Part shown: positions 37,841 through 51,474 of the stretch, piece after piece
Layout of the letters: every line of letters begins with the position of its first letter
Position numbering within the stretch: position 1 is the stretch's first letter
Source: Macrostomum lignano
Lineage: Eukaryota
DNA length: 64,000 nt
Assembly: GCA_002269645.1 (NCBI GenBank)
Contig: NIVC01001672.1
Location: 185,071-249,070, forward strand
Direction of reading: 5' to 3'
The notes under the pieces: model-generated
The model's input: the letters and a program-made list of their open reading frames with translations, nothing else
What the model was told of the DNA's origin: nothing
The model's database searches: none
Program-made: the position numbers and the translations under genes

Positions 37841-40807
37841 CCTAACCGAAGAGGCCCGCAGCCAGCTGCACGGCTGGGGCTCCGTTGTGTCTATCGAGGC
37901 CAGCCCGACCACCGGCAAGCAGATCGCCATCGGCTTCAGCTCCGGCACAGTGGCCGTGCTGAATAGCTCCGATTGCAGCCTGCACAGTGTGGCTCCCGGC
38001 GCCGCCGAGCTGCGCTGCCTGAGCTGGCAAACCGACGCCAGCGCCATCTACACCGGCCACTCGGACGGTAGCTACGCCGTTTGGCGGGCCGACGAGCCAG
38101 CCGAGGCTAGTCGCCTATTGAAAACTGCCGACAACCCGCAGACTGTCTATGGCCCGTTCCCCTGCCTGCCAGTCACGCACCTGGTGCACCGCACCGCTAA
38201 ACTAGGCAGCATCACCGTGCTAGCCGGCGGCATGGCTAAGAACACTCACGCCGATCGGCACACCGTCACTCTGCTTCGCGAGCAAGAGCACGTCTGCTTG
38301 GACCTGTGCTCGCCAGTTGTCGACTTGGCGCTGCTGTGCTCGCCAGGCGATGGCAATACTGGCCAGGCTGGCTATGACGAGCCACACACTTTGCTAGTGC
38401 TGTGCGAGTCCCAGCTGGTGGCCTTGGACCTGTACGGTGCCCAGTGGCCGGAGTTCCGGCTGCCTTATCTTTCGGCAGTTAGTGCCACTGGTGCCCCAAT
38501 CACGGCCGCTCGAATCTACGGCGCCGAGACTGCCGGCACAGAGCAGATCCGGGCCGCTTTGTTGGCCGCCGCTTCTGATAGCAGCAGCTCCGGCTATTCA
38601 ACTCGCGCTTGGCCAATCAACGGCGGCAAAACGCTGGTGCGCCCAGCCGCCGAGGAGTCGGAGAAGCCACCAGCCACTGAGCCGGCTGCCGCTAATCAGG
38701 AGGCCACCACGTCTGCTGGCGGCGACAGCGAAGCGAAGCAGGCCATCTGGGACCTGCTGGTCACCGGGCACGGCGACGGCTCCGTAGCCTTCTGGCAGAT
38801 TGGCCAAACCGGCTCCGGCACCTCGGCCGCTCTGCTGTACACTCTCAACACTGCCGACGTGTTCTCCGACGCCCCGGCTGCCGAAGCTGCCGAGCCGACC
38901 GACGTCGGTGGATTTCCGCCATTCCGCGCTGTTGGACAACGCTGGCGACGCTCGGAGATGGTAGACGATCGGTTCGCTGTGACTGTCATAGACCTGGCCA
39001 GCGATTGCCTGCTTGTTGGCGGCGCCGCTGGTCAGGCTACGCTGTGGCGCCTTGCCGCTGCCGGTGCCGCCGCCGCCCCGGTGGAAGTTGACGTGCGCAC
39101 CGTGAACGCGGACATTGTGTCGCCGGGCAAGGACAGCCCCTACGCCTGGGAGGGTCAGGCGCCGTTGCGCGTCCGCGAGGAGCCCTGGCAACCGCCTGCC
39201 GGCCGTCTGTTCGAGCCGGCCAGCATTATTTCGGCCTTCCCGCCTGACCGAATCTGCTCGCTAACGCTGGACGTTGGCCGCGGCCTGGCCGCTGTTGGCA
39301 CCGGCTTCGGATTGGCGCTTATCGACACCGGCGCTAATCGCTGCTTGACAACCCACTGCACTCTGGCCGTCGCCAGCCAGACTGGCGCCGCCGCCGCTCC
39401 GCCGGCCACCCCGGCCAAGGGCAGCGGCTCGGCTGCCGCCGCTCCATCGCACAGCAGCGCCGGCTCCTCCATCACTAAGAGCCTGCGCCAGAGTTTCCGC
39501 CGGCTAAAGAAACTACGCGGCGGCAAGCGTCAGGAGTACACCGTCACCACCGAGGAGGCCGCTGAGGCCGCCGCCGCCGCCGGGCCGTCAACTTCCGCCG
39601 AGACGCAGCCGGAGGCGGCTTCCGAAGAGCCAGCAGCCGGTACCCCTGCGGAAAAAAAGAAAGAGAAAAAAGAGAAGGAAAAGAAAGAGAAAGAGAAGAA
39701 GGACAAGAAAGATAAGAAAGAGAAAAAAGAAGAGAAAGCCGAGGAAAAGAAAGAGGAAAAGCCGGAGGAGAAGAAAGAGGAGAAGGCCGAAGAGGCTAAG
39801 ACTGAATCCAAGACGGCCGAAGCAGAGCCCACGGAATCGGCTACTCCAGCAGCCGAGTCAGCGCCCGAAGCCGCCGCTGCGGTCCCAGAGAAGCCGAAGC
39901 AGCAGCCGCTAACCACGGAGTTGGCCTCCGAGAGTCCTGGCCGCATCCGCTGCCTGCTGATTGCCGATGCCCACCTGGTAGCCGCCGGTGTCAGCACTCC
40001 GGCTCTGTTTGCCGGCGATCGCTCCGGTCGGGTGTACGCCTTCCAGGTGAGCGTGACAGACACTGCCGCCGCCACTGGCGAGGCCGCTGCTGCCGCCCCA
40101 TCCAAGCAGGCCAACCTAGTTAAGGAGCTGCACCTGCGCCACGGCGCTCCTGTGGTTGCTATGCACGTCACCGGGGAGCAGCAGCAGCTTCTAGTAACCT
40201 CCGAACAGCAGGTGAAACTGTTCTCCCTGCCCAGCCTTCGGCCAAGGTGCAAAGCTAGAATCCTGCCGGCCGAAGCTCCGGCCAAGCTGCGTGCCTGCGG
40301 CCTGGCCCAGTTCCGACCCGCTCCGGGCAGCAGCCAGCAGCCGCTGACCGGCCTGGCAGTTGAGGACAGCCTCGGCCGCCTCATGGTGCTGGGCCTGCCC
40401 CAGCTGAAGATCCTCGCCCAGCTTGATCGCAACGACGCCGCTTTTGGAAGCCTCGCCTATCAGCCCGCCGGCGCCGTCAATCCTCTGGCCGTGGCCGTGG
40501 CCGGCCGGTCTCGCGTCCGTCTGGTCCACCTGTCCCCGGCCGCTGACGGTCGCTACGTGGCTCCGGCCGGCCTGGACCTGCCCGATTGGGCCCGCCCGGT
40601 CAAGGCGGCGCCCGCTCAGCAGGCCAGCCCGGCCGCAGCCGCTGTTGCCGCCTCCGCTAGTCCGGCTGAATCCGCCGAGGCCGACACACCGGCCGCCGTC
40701 GGCGCCGAGCAGCAGCAGGAGCCCGAGGCCGAGGCCGCCGATCGAAGCCATCACCAGGTGGCCGCCGACATCACCATGGACGACATTAAGGAGTACGCAG
40801 CCGCCGC
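37841..40807 (+). CDS. LLGL: Lgl exon 5 (WD40 propellers, aPKC phospho-site region)
   Basis: cccag|C CTA ACC. Motifs YGPFPC, LPYL, LLVTGHGDGSVAFW, FPPFRAVG, the Lgl polybasic site SITKSLRQSFRRLKK, and LVKELHLRHGAPVV. No tomosyn R-SNARE visible. Donor GC|gtaagt. Confidence 0.92.
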
Positions 40808-41288
40808 GTAAGTGTTAAGGCTAACTACTCGTGTGTGCGTTTTTTGTTAATCGCCCTATAATCTTTAAAGAATCGACTCAAGAATAGCTCACTAATAATC
40901 CTGTCGAAAATCGCCTATTAATCCCCTTAATTATCGCCTTCTGATCCTCTCAAGAAGCGCATATTAATCTCCTAAAAGTGGCTATTAATCCTCAACTAAA
41001 TAGGCTACTCCGCACATTTTCATGCAAGCTACTTCAGTTCAGTAGTAGTAGTTAAATTGAAGCATTTTAATGTATTTTTATAAAGACAAACCTCATTTAT
41101 TGGCTCTTACCCCCCAAATCTACCCCAGAGTGGCCCAATAGCCCATTCTACAATTGTACATTAATCCTGTAAGAGTCGCTTATTTACGAGTATTCACCGA
41201 AAAGATCCGGCAGCGTGTAGATCCGCTTATTCACTAATATGCGCTTAAATATCAAGGTGCTAACCCAACTCGCCCTGCTCCGTTGCAG

Positions 41289-41548
41289 TCCCCTGCCACC
41301 AACCGAGACAATCCCGGAGACCACAGACGAGAAATCCGAGCCAGCCGCTGTTACTGTTGAAGCCGCCGCGGAGGAGGCACAGCAGGAGCAGGAGGAGAAG
41401 CCAGCCCCAGCTGCCGTCGAGGTGGTTGTCGAGCCGGCCGCCAAAGAGGACGCCAAGATTGAGGAGGCCCCTGCGGTGTCCCCTGCCGAGATCAAAGCGG
41501 CCATTGTCAACGATGGGCAGGAGGCTCCGGACGCCTCTGCCGCCGCTG
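41289..41548 (+). CDS. LLGL: Lgl exon 6 (Ala/Glu-rich tail)
   Basis: ttgcag|T CCC CTG matches phase 2; PLPPTETIPETTDEK...DASAAA G|gtgagt. Confidence 0.75.
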
Positions 41549-41805
41549 GTGAGTTAAAATCCGGTTCAAATCTTGATGAAGCAAAAGTAAATCAGCACAG
41601 ATCCTTTCATAACTAAATAGGTTGTGCCTTGGAGGCTGTGCCTTGCAGGCTGTGCCTTGCAGGCTGTGCCTTGGAGGTCTAAATCGCAGGACAACCCCCT
41701 TGGCCATTTTTCGTGCACACAAACCAAAAAAGAACAAATAAAATGCTGTTCATTTTGTTTCTACTAAGAGTAGTTTATTCAATTGTGGTATTAATCTGTT
41801 TCCAG

Positions 41806-41831
41806 GCGACACCGTGGCTGCCGAACAGTGA
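41806..41831 (+). CDS. LLGL: Lgl terminal micro-exon
   Basis: tttccag|GC GAC ACC GTG GCT GCC GAA CAG TGA (GDTVAAEQ*), phase 1 consistent. Total CDS 3831 nt. Confidence 0.7.
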
Positions 41832-43364
41832 TCGGGGGAGGCTGGCTAGGATTGCAATGTGAAATTCGGACTGTTCGTGTTAGCCCGTTGCGGATCAGCT
41901 TGAACTTTTATTCGTCACTATATAAAGTTTATATTAAACACAACAATTTTATTGTGCGCGAGTGTGACCATTAACTTATTATGGTTGAGAATGGGCCAGT
42001 TATATCATCGTTGTTTTCTTATCGACCAAGCGGTAATATTAGAGACTAAAAGTCTATTGCTGTTGCTATTTATCCAAGCCGTAATGTTTTTATCTGACCG
42101 CGTGTGTACATGTTCAGCCTTTTCCCGCGTCCATTTCTGTTTTTAAAACTAAAATTCCGTTTTATAATTACATAATAATAGTTGCAATTCTCTCTCCTTA
42201 GCAGGGGCCCAGCAATTGCTTGCGTTTTATTTAGTCAATTTTTATTTTAGAAGGCTTGATCTCAACCAAATTTTTTTTTTTTAAATAAACTAATAATATA
42301 AATTTCAATATAAATTAGAATTTCTATAATGTAACAATCTCGCTTTGCAGCAAATTCGGCCTGCCATAGCCTATTAATACTACTGACACTGATGATCTCC
42401 CAGTAGACAGTCGCGTCTATTTTTGTCCATTCTCTACCCCTCGCATTGTGCTTGCCGCCCGAATTCATTAAAAACGTAATTATAATTATCACCAATACGA
42501 CCCTCGGTTTTATCCAAATATACTTTGCGCCGGCTTAACCTAATTGCACTAAACTGTTATTTTTCAATTATATGTCTCGCACACTACTACTATAGCTTAT
42601 TATAAGTAGCATTGTCTCACCATTTACTTGGCTTTAAATATTCGCTGTAACTATAATAATCATAGCCATCTCGACCCGTCTGAGAGTAAAACAGTTTGGT
42701 GTGTCTGAGCTTATTAATATATTTTATGCTATAATTATCGCTTTTCCAACTATTTCGGGCTATGGAATTTTTATCTATAATCTCTGCACCGCGAGCATTG
42801 CGGCAACCGGTCAGTACAATCAGCAATGCATAACCCCCTTCCTTTTTACTGTTTTTATTACGTAAGTTATTATTTATTATTATTTCGCTTCTATGAAAAC
42901 AACCGGTTCATTTTCCGCGCGACTTTTGTGCAGCATATGGAACGCAATTTTTCTACCTATACAGATATAAACCAGTAAGGGACAAGTGCTTCAAACTGCT
43001 ATTCTTGTTGTTTATTATTAACATTTAATATTGTATTGATATTTAATAATTATTTATTGCATCCTCCATAGTATTTTTATTATTTTCCTAAATCTACACA
43101 ACTATAACCGGTATTTGTTAAGCTTTTCCCGCATTCTGTTTTTTAATTGATAATTAGCTAAGCTTAATTAAAATTATCTGTCGATTCGCTTTGCAATTTT
43201 TGCTGTCCACGTTATCAATAATAATAATTAATAATAATCATAATACCAATTCTATAAATATTTTGTGACAGTGTTGGAAAACAAAGCGCGTTAGCAACTC
43301 CATTAAACATGCTTGTGCCTGTTTGTGCCTACGTTTTTTCAGTTGAAATAGCAAATTTACACCC

Positions 43365-44770
43365 CGTGACCCCAGTTCACATACATGTAGTGAATCAGGC
43401 CCAATGACCCCTGTTTACATACATGTAGTGAATCAGGCCCAATGACCCCAGTTCACTTACATGTAGTGAATCAGGCCCAATGACCCCTGTTCACATATAT
43501 GTAGTGAATCAGGCCCAATGACTCCAGTTCACTTACATGTAGTGAATCATAGCCCAATGACTCCAGTTCACATACATGTAGTGAACCATAGCCCAATGAC
43601 TCCAGTTCACATACATGTAGTGAACCATAGCCCAATGACCCCTGTTAACATACATGTAGTGAATCAGGCCCAATGACTCCAGTTCACTTACATGTAGTGA
43701 ATCATAGCCCAATGACTCCAGTTCACATACATGTAGTGAACCATAGCCCAATGACCCCTGTTCACATACATGTAGTGAACCATAGCCCAATGACCCCTGT
43801 TAACATACATGTAGTGAATCAGGCCTAATGACTCCAGTTCACTTACATGTAGTGAACCATAGCCCAATGACCATTGTTCACATACATGTAGTGAACCATA
43901 GCCCAATGACCCCTGTTAACATACATGTAGTGAACCATAGCCCAATGACCCCTGTTAACATACATGTAGTGAATCAGGCCTAATGACTCCAGTTCACTTA
44001 CATGTAGTGAACCATAGCCCAATGACTCCAGTTCACATACATGTAGTGAACCATAGCCCAATGACCCCTGTTAACATACATGTAGTGAACCATAGCCCAA
44101 TGACCCCTGTTAACATACATGTAGTGAATCAGGCCCAATGACTCCAGTTCACTTACATGTAGTGAATCATAGCCCAATGACTCCAGTTCACATACGTGTA
44201 GTGAACCATAGCCCAATGACTCCAGTTCACATACATGTAGTGAACCATAGCCCAATGACCCCTGTTAACATACATGTAGTGAATCAGGCCTAATGACTCC
44301 AGTTCACTTACGTGTAGTGAATCATAGCCCAATGACTCCAGTTCACATACATGTAGTGAACAATTAGCCCAATGACCCCTGTTCACATACATGTAGTGAA
44401 CAATTAGCCTAATGACCCCTGTTCACATACATGTAGTGAATCAGGCCCAATGACTCCAGTTCACATACATGTAGTGAACAATTAGCCCAATGACCCCTGT
44501 TCACATACATGTAGTGAATCAGGCCCAATGACCCCTGTTCACATACATGTAGTGAATCAGGCCCAATGACTCCAGTTCACATACATGTAGTGAACAATTA
44601 GCCCAATGACCCCTGTTCACATACATGTAGTGAATCAGGCCCAATGACCCCTGTTCACATACATGTAGTGAATCAGGCCCAATGACTCCAATTCACTTAC
44701 GTGTAGTGAATCATAGCCCAATGACTCCAGTTCAATTACATAGTGAACCATAGCCTAGTGACCCCAGTTC
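43365..44770. repeat. 38/39-bp tandem array (GACCCCTGTTCACATACATGTAGTGAATCAGGCCCAAT and variants)
   Basis: Directly visible, about 36 copies, alternating variants. Confidence 0.95.
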
Positions 44771-45273
44771 ACGTGATAAGCCGCAGCTCTGTGACAACTA
44801 CATGTGTACATGTATTAGATTAATTTGGGTCGCATAGATGGTCAACTCCGCACCAACTTCCAAACAGTAATAAACTTTGCAGTTGATATTCCTGCCAGCT
44901 CTGGGATTGCATGGCTGGCATGACAGGTTGATAACTGTGTAGTGTTTACAGGACTTCAAAATGTTGACATGTTTCGGCTTAAACTCGATTGATAAGGGGT
45001 CTGTTGGCTGATTGATATTTTTGCTGACTGAGATGATTTATTAGCTCGTACTGGTAGTTGGAACTACAGAGCTTCATATCGTATCAGATTTCGAATGATT
45101 GTTGAAGTCCTACGGTCCTGAGCGAGTGTAATAAATTTCCGGGTATACGAGCATATATTGAGAGAATTGCTACCAAAGCCCCATGGCGACCACCCGGAAA
45201 TAATAAACGGCCTGGAGGGCTCGAGAACCCGGAGTCCCTGGTTCGATTTTGTGCGCGACCACATTCATATGGG

Positions 45274-46524
45274 CAGGGGCGTCGCCATGGATTTTACCGT
45301 AGGGGGGGGGGACAAAGTCAAGAATTCTACATAACATGAATAAATTATTATATGTACAATATATTTCGTGACCGGTGTCATCACTCATTTTGTCGCTGCA
45401 GACACTCATTTTAGCGCTGCAGACACTCATTTTGTCGCTGCAGACACTCATTTTGGCGCTGCAGACACTCATTTTGGCGCTGCAGACACTCATTTTGTCG
45501 CTGCAGACACTCATTTTGGCGCTGCAGACACTCATTTTGTCGCTGCAGACACTCATTTTGTCGCTGCAGACACTCATTTTGTCGCTGCAGACACTCATTT
45601 TGTCGCTGCAGACACTCATTTTGTCGCTGCAGACACTCATTTTGGCGCTGCAGACACTCATTTTGTCGCTGCAGACACTCATTTTGTCGCTGCAGACACT
45701 CATTTTGGCGCTGCAGACACTCATTTTAGCGCTGCAGACACTCATTTTGTCGCTGCAGACACTCATTTTGTCGCTGCAGACACTCATTTTGGCGCTGCAG
45801 ACACTCATTTTAGCGCTGCAGACACTCATTTTGGCGCTGCAGACACTCATTTTGTCGCTGCAGACACTCATTTTGTCGCTGCAGACACTCATTTTGTCGC
45901 TGCAGACACTCATTTTGTCGCTGCAGACACTCATTTTGGCGCTGCAGACACTCATTTTGTCGCTGCAGACACTCATTTTGTCGCTGCAGACACTCATTTT
46001 GTCGCTGCAGACACTCATTTTGTCGCTGCAGACACTCATTTTGTCGCTGCAGACACTCATTTTGTCGCTGCAGACACTCATTTTGTCGCTGCAGACACTC
46101 ATTTTGTCGCTGCAGACACTCATTTTGGCGCTGCAGACACTCATTTTGTCGCTGCAGACACTCATTTTGTCGCTGCAGACACTCATTTTGGCGCTGCAGA
46201 CACTCATTTTAGCGCTGCAGACACTCATTTTGTCGCTGCAGACACTCATTTTGGCGCTGCAGACACTCATTTTGGCGCTGCAGACACTCATTTTGTCGCT
46301 GCAGACACAATTTTGGCGCTGCAGACACAATTTTGCCGCTGCAGACACTCATTTTAGCGCTGCAGACACAATTTTGGCGCCTAAGGCATTTTGACATCCT
46401 GAAGCAAAATTTCTGATTTTCACAACGGGTCAGTCACAAGGTGGGGTGGGTCAAGCATGGCGTCCCCCATAGCTTTTACTGGGGGGGGGCATTCCCCCCT
46501 GTCCCCCCGGTGGCGACGCCCCTG
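45274..46524. mobile_element. Non-autonomous hAT-type element carrying a 21-bp satellite
   Basis: Perfect 14-bp TIRs CAGGGGCGTCGCCA / TGGCGACGCCCCTG; 8-bp TSD CATATGGG / TATATGGG. Confidence 0.88.
45381..46380. repeat. 21-bp tandem array (CACTCATTTTGTCGCTGCAGA)
   Basis: About 47 copies inside the hAT element. Confidence 0.95.
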
Positions 46525-48120
46525 TATATGGGGCTTGGGAGCACGATAATTGGCCGGGTGGCTGTCGTACGATTCACTGCAGCCATGAGGGCCAACCCCA
46601 AGGCGCAGAGAGTGTTCATGCCAGACGATTGGGAAAGTCAGTGCCGTTGTTGTACACCCTGTTTGAGCATAACATGAGCGCTTGCAGGTCCATCAAAGGA
46701 CCACTGGTAGTAAAAGGATGTTGAAAATTTAGAAAAAATGGATTTGAAGGCCCCGTTTCATTTTTATAAAAATGATTCATTCATGTAAATTTAGCAATTT
46801 CAAATAAAAGAGCAAACTATTGAAGTCGGGAAGCGATGTCAGTTGGCTCGTGATGTCGAGAGCGAGAAGAGAAGACGAAATTAGTAGCTGTATATCAAAT
46901 GTATATGAGGGACCTCATGTAGGTGCATAAAAAACAAAGGTGAAAATAAGTGTGCAGGGCGAATCCAAGTAACAATGATTGCCAGTCAGCAAATAACGTA
47001 TCCGTGTGTGTTGCTCAGAACGGAGGGCCACTTCCAGTCTCTACATCTCCGTCTCTCTCTCCTGTCTCCTATTCCTCTCTCCCTCTATCGAACCCTTTAT
47101 CTCACTCTGCTTCTGAAGCCTGCAGTTCTGCCCGAATTCAGTTGTCCTTTACAAAAGTTGTTTACAGCGCAGAAAATTCCAGAATGTATTGCTGCTCGGA
47201 TCTCTATAAACATAGTAGTTTCAGTCTCTACCCTACCGTCTGCGATCCAGCTACTCACCAGTGTGTATGCATTATTTTTCTTTTCATTCTGTCTAGCTGT
47301 ATCTGCTGGAAGAAAATACCGAAAAAACGTGACTCGAGCCTCACGTGTGCGCTCGGGACCACTTGCTGAGTGGGAGGGGGGCTCTTATTGTCCAGATGCG
47401 ATGCAGCAGGGGTTTACAGAGGCAATAAGATTTAGACAGAATTCTAGCACAATAGAATAGAGACTGGCCTATTGCATAGCCTGGCGGCTCTTATCGCTGC
47501 TGCACGTTTCTGATGGACCCCGTGCGAGACTCACCCGATTCGAGGGACCCGTGCCGATCCCCCCGCAGTGGCTGTATGGTTGCCGTGGTCTCACCCTACC
47601 TATCATGGTTTTCAGTGCTGCATAAATAAAGGCTAGCCATAGCTCTAAGCAGCGAGTCGACTTGACCTTCTCTCAGTCTGTTTTCGGTTCAAGCAAATAA
47701 CTATAATTTTTGACAAAGAGAAGATTTTCACTGCTCCCTGCTTTATTGCAACGTCATGAGGCTGGGCGGCATCGCTGTGAGTCAAAGGGGATCTCATTGG
47801 ATTTGCCCCATACTTCATGCTCCCTTCATTTCCCATCAACCCGAACCACATGGCTACTTCTCTTTGAGTTCGAGCACAGAGGACGACACAGAGACACTTC
47901 TAGATGCGGCCTCTAGCTTTGAAATTGTAGCCAACTTGTACCCTAACACCTGCAGCCTAAGTCCAATACCTAACAGTACCGCCTGCTGAGTGAATTCAGT
48001 ATCATTTAGAGTGGCTTAGTCGGTGGCATTATCTGGGAGGAGATTGCTTAATTAACCTATCATTTATTAATGCATTGGGTATATAGTGGCGCGAGCCTCA
48101 GAAAAATTCAAAATTCAGAT

Positions 48121-51100
48121 ACATGGGGCTGCCAACCTCAGAGATATGGGGGCGCCAACCTCTCAGAGATATGGGAGCGCCAACCTCAGAGATATGGGAG
48201 CGCCAACCTCAGAGATATGGGGGCGCCAACCTCTCAGAGATATGGGAGCGCCAACCTCAGAGATATGGGGGTGCCAACCTCAGAGATATGGGGAGCGCCA
48301 ACCTCAAAGATATGGGGGTGCCAACCTCAGAGATATGGGGAGCGCCAACCTCAGAGATATGGGGGTGCCAACCTCAGAGATATGGGGAGCGCCAACCTCA
48401 GAGATATGGGGGTGCCAACCTCAGAGATATGGGGAGCGCCAACCTCAAAGATATGGGGGTGCCAACCTCAGAGATATGGGAGCGCCAACCTCAGAGATAT
48501 GGCAGCGCCAACCTCAGAGATATGGCAGCGCCAACCTCAGAGATATGGGAGCGCCAACCTCAGAGATATGGCAGCGCCAACCTCAGAGATATGGGAGCGC
48601 CAACCTCAGAGATATGGCAGCGCCAACCTCAGAGATATGGGAGCGCCAACCTCAGAGATATGGCAGCGCCAACCTCAGAGATATGGGAGCGCCAACCTCA
48701 GAGATATGGCAGCGCCAACCTCAGAGATATGGGAGCGCCAACCTCAGAGATATGGGAGTGCCAACCTCAGAGATATGGGGAGCGCCAACCTAGATATATG
48801 GGAGCGCCAACCTCAGAGATATGGGAGCGCCAGCCTCAGAGATATGGGAGCGCCAACCTCAGAGATATGGGGGCGCCAACCTCAGAGATATGGGGGCGCC
48901 AACCTCAGTGATATGGGAGCGCCAACCTCAGAGATATGGCAGCGCCAACCTCAGAGATATGGCAGCGCCAACCTCAGTGATATGGGAGCGCCAACCTCAG
49001 AGACATGGCAGCGCCAACCTCAGAGATATGGGGGTGCCAACCTCAGTGATATGGGGGTGCCAACCTCAGAGATATGGGAGTGCCAACCTCAGAGATATGG
49101 GAGCGCCAACCTCAGAGATATCTGAGCACCAGCCCCAGAGATATGGGCGCGCTAACCTCAGAGATATGTGAGCACCAGCCCCAGAGATATGGGCGCGCTA
49201 ACCTCAGAGATATGGGGGTGCCAACCTCAGAGATATGGGGGCGCCAACCTCAGAGATATGGGGAGCGCCAACCTCAGAGATATGGCAGCGCCAACCTCAG
49301 AGATATGTGAGCACCAGCCTCAGAGATATGGGAGCGCCAACCTCAGAGATATGGGGAGCGCCAACCTCAGAGATATGGGGGTGCCAACCTCAGAGATATG
49401 GGAGTGCCAACCTCAGAGATATGGGAGTGCCAACCTCAGAGATATGGCAGCGCCAACCTCAGTGATATGGGAGCGCCAACCTCAGAGATATGGGGGCGCC
49501 AACCTCAGTGATATGGGGGTGCCAACCTCAGAGATATGGGGGTGCCAACCTCAGAGATATGGGAGCGCCAACCTAGATATATGGGAGCGCCAACCTCAGA
49601 GATATGTGAGCACCAACCTCAGAGATATGGGAACGCCAAGCTCAGAGATATGGGGAGCGCCAACCTCAGAGATATGGGCGCGCCAACCTCAGTGATATGG
49701 GAGTGCCAACCTCAGAGATATGGGAGCGCCAACCTCAGTGATATGGGAGCGCCAAACTCAGAGATATGGTGAGCGCCAACCTCAGAGATATGGGGGTGCC
49801 AACTTCAGAGATATGTGAGCACCAGCCTCAGAGATATGGCAGCGCCAACCTCAGAGATATGGGGGCGCCAACCCCAGAGATATGGGGAGTGCCAACCTAG
49901 ATATATGGGAGCGCCAACCTCAGAGATATGGGGAGCGCCAACCTCAGAGATATGGGGGTGCCAACCTCAGAGATATGGGGAGCGCCAACCTCAGAGATAT
50001 GGGGGTGCCAACCTCAGAGATATGTGAGCACCAGCCTCAGAGATATGGGAGCGCCAACCTCAGAGATATGGGAGCGCCAACCTCAGAGATATGGGGGTGC
50101 CAACCTCAGAGATATGGGAGTGCCAACCTCAGAGATATGGGAGCGCCAACCTCAGAGATATGGCAGCGCCAACCTCAGTGATATGGGAGCGCCAACCTCA
50201 GAGATATGGGGAGTGCCAACCTCAGTGAAATGGGAGCGCCAACCTTAGAGATATGGGTAGTGCCAACCTCAGAGATATGGGAGCGCCAACCTTAGAGATA
50301 TGGCAGCGCCAACCTCAGTGATATGGGAGCGCCAACCTCAAAGATATGGGGAGTGCCAACCTCAGAGATATGGGAGCGCCAACCTCAGTGATATGGGAGC
50401 GCCAACCTCAGAGATATGGGGGCGCCAACCTCAGAGATATGGGGGTGCCAACCTCAGAGATATGGGAGCGCCAACCTCAGAGATATGGGGGTGCCAACCT
50501 CAGAGATATGGGGAGCGCCAACCTAGATATATGGCAGCGCCAACCTCAGAGATATGGGAGCGCCAACCTCAGAGATATGGGAGCGCCAACCTCAGTGATA
50601 TGGGGGTGCCAACCTCAGAGATATGGGGGTGCCAACCTCAGAGATATGGGAGCGCCAACCTCAGAGATATGGGAGCGCCAACCTCAGAGATATGGGAGCG
50701 CCAGCCTCAGAGATATGGGAGCGCCAACCTCAGAGATATGGGAGCGCCAACCTCAGAGATATGGGGGTGCCAACCTCAGAGATATGGGGGTGCCAACCTC
50801 AGAGATATGGGGAGCGCCAACCTAGATATATGGGAGCGCTAACCTCAGAGATATGGGAGCGCCAGCCTCAGAGATATGGGAGCGCCAACCTCAGAGATAT
50901 GGGGGTGCCAACCTCAGAGATATGGGGAGCGCCAACCTAGATATATGGCAGCGCCAACCTCAGAGATATGGGGGTGCCAACCTCAGAGATATGGGAGCGC
51001 CAACCTCAGAGATATGGGGGTGCCAACCTCAGAGATATGGGAGTGCCAACCTCAGAGATATGGGGGTGCCAACCTCAGAGATATGGGGAGCGCCAACCTC

Positions 51101-51412
51101 AGAGATATGGGGGTGCCAACCTCAGAGATATGGGGGTGCCAACCTCAGAGATATGGGAGCGCCAACCTCAGAGATATGGGAGCGCCAGCCTCAGTGATAT
51201 GGGGGTGCCAACCTCAGAGATATGGGAGCGCCAACCTCAGAGATATGGGGGTGCCAACCTCAGAGATATGGGGAGCGCCAACCTAGATATATGGGAGCGC
51301 CAACCTCAGAGATATGGGAGCGCCAACCTCAGAGATATGGGAGCGCCAACCTCAGAGATATGGGAGCGCCAACCTAGATATATGGGAGCGCCAACCTCAG
51401 AGATATTGGGAG
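48121..51412. repeat. 23/24-bp tandem array (ATGGGAGCGCCAACCTCAGAGAT)
   Basis: About 3.3 kb, about 140 copies, ending about 60 bp before the signal-peptide coding sequence. Confidence 0.95.
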
Positions 51413-51474
51413 CCAGCTAGGAATCAAACTCAAGGACTCAAAGCTCAAAGCTGTTGTCTCGGTCACTCCCTCAG

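Noticed and set aside
37842-40754. Antisense and alternate-frame ORFs over Lgl exon 5 (and similar ones over the ENaC exons)
   Set aside because: Shadows of GC-rich coding sequence.
45170-46397. ORFs of AADTHFV / SLQTLIL / MSVCSDK repeats
   Set aside because: The 21-bp unit is open in several frames on both strands and sits inside a TIR element; no splice or codon evidence.
47259-47305. Possible 47-nt minus-strand exon (ttttcttccag|...|GTGAGT)
   Set aside because: Good splice signals, but I could not build a convincing ORF or partner exon; RNA-seq would be needed.
48070-51420. Many overlapping MGAPTSEIW-type ORFs
   Set aside because: 23/24-bp satellite with constant frame switching.
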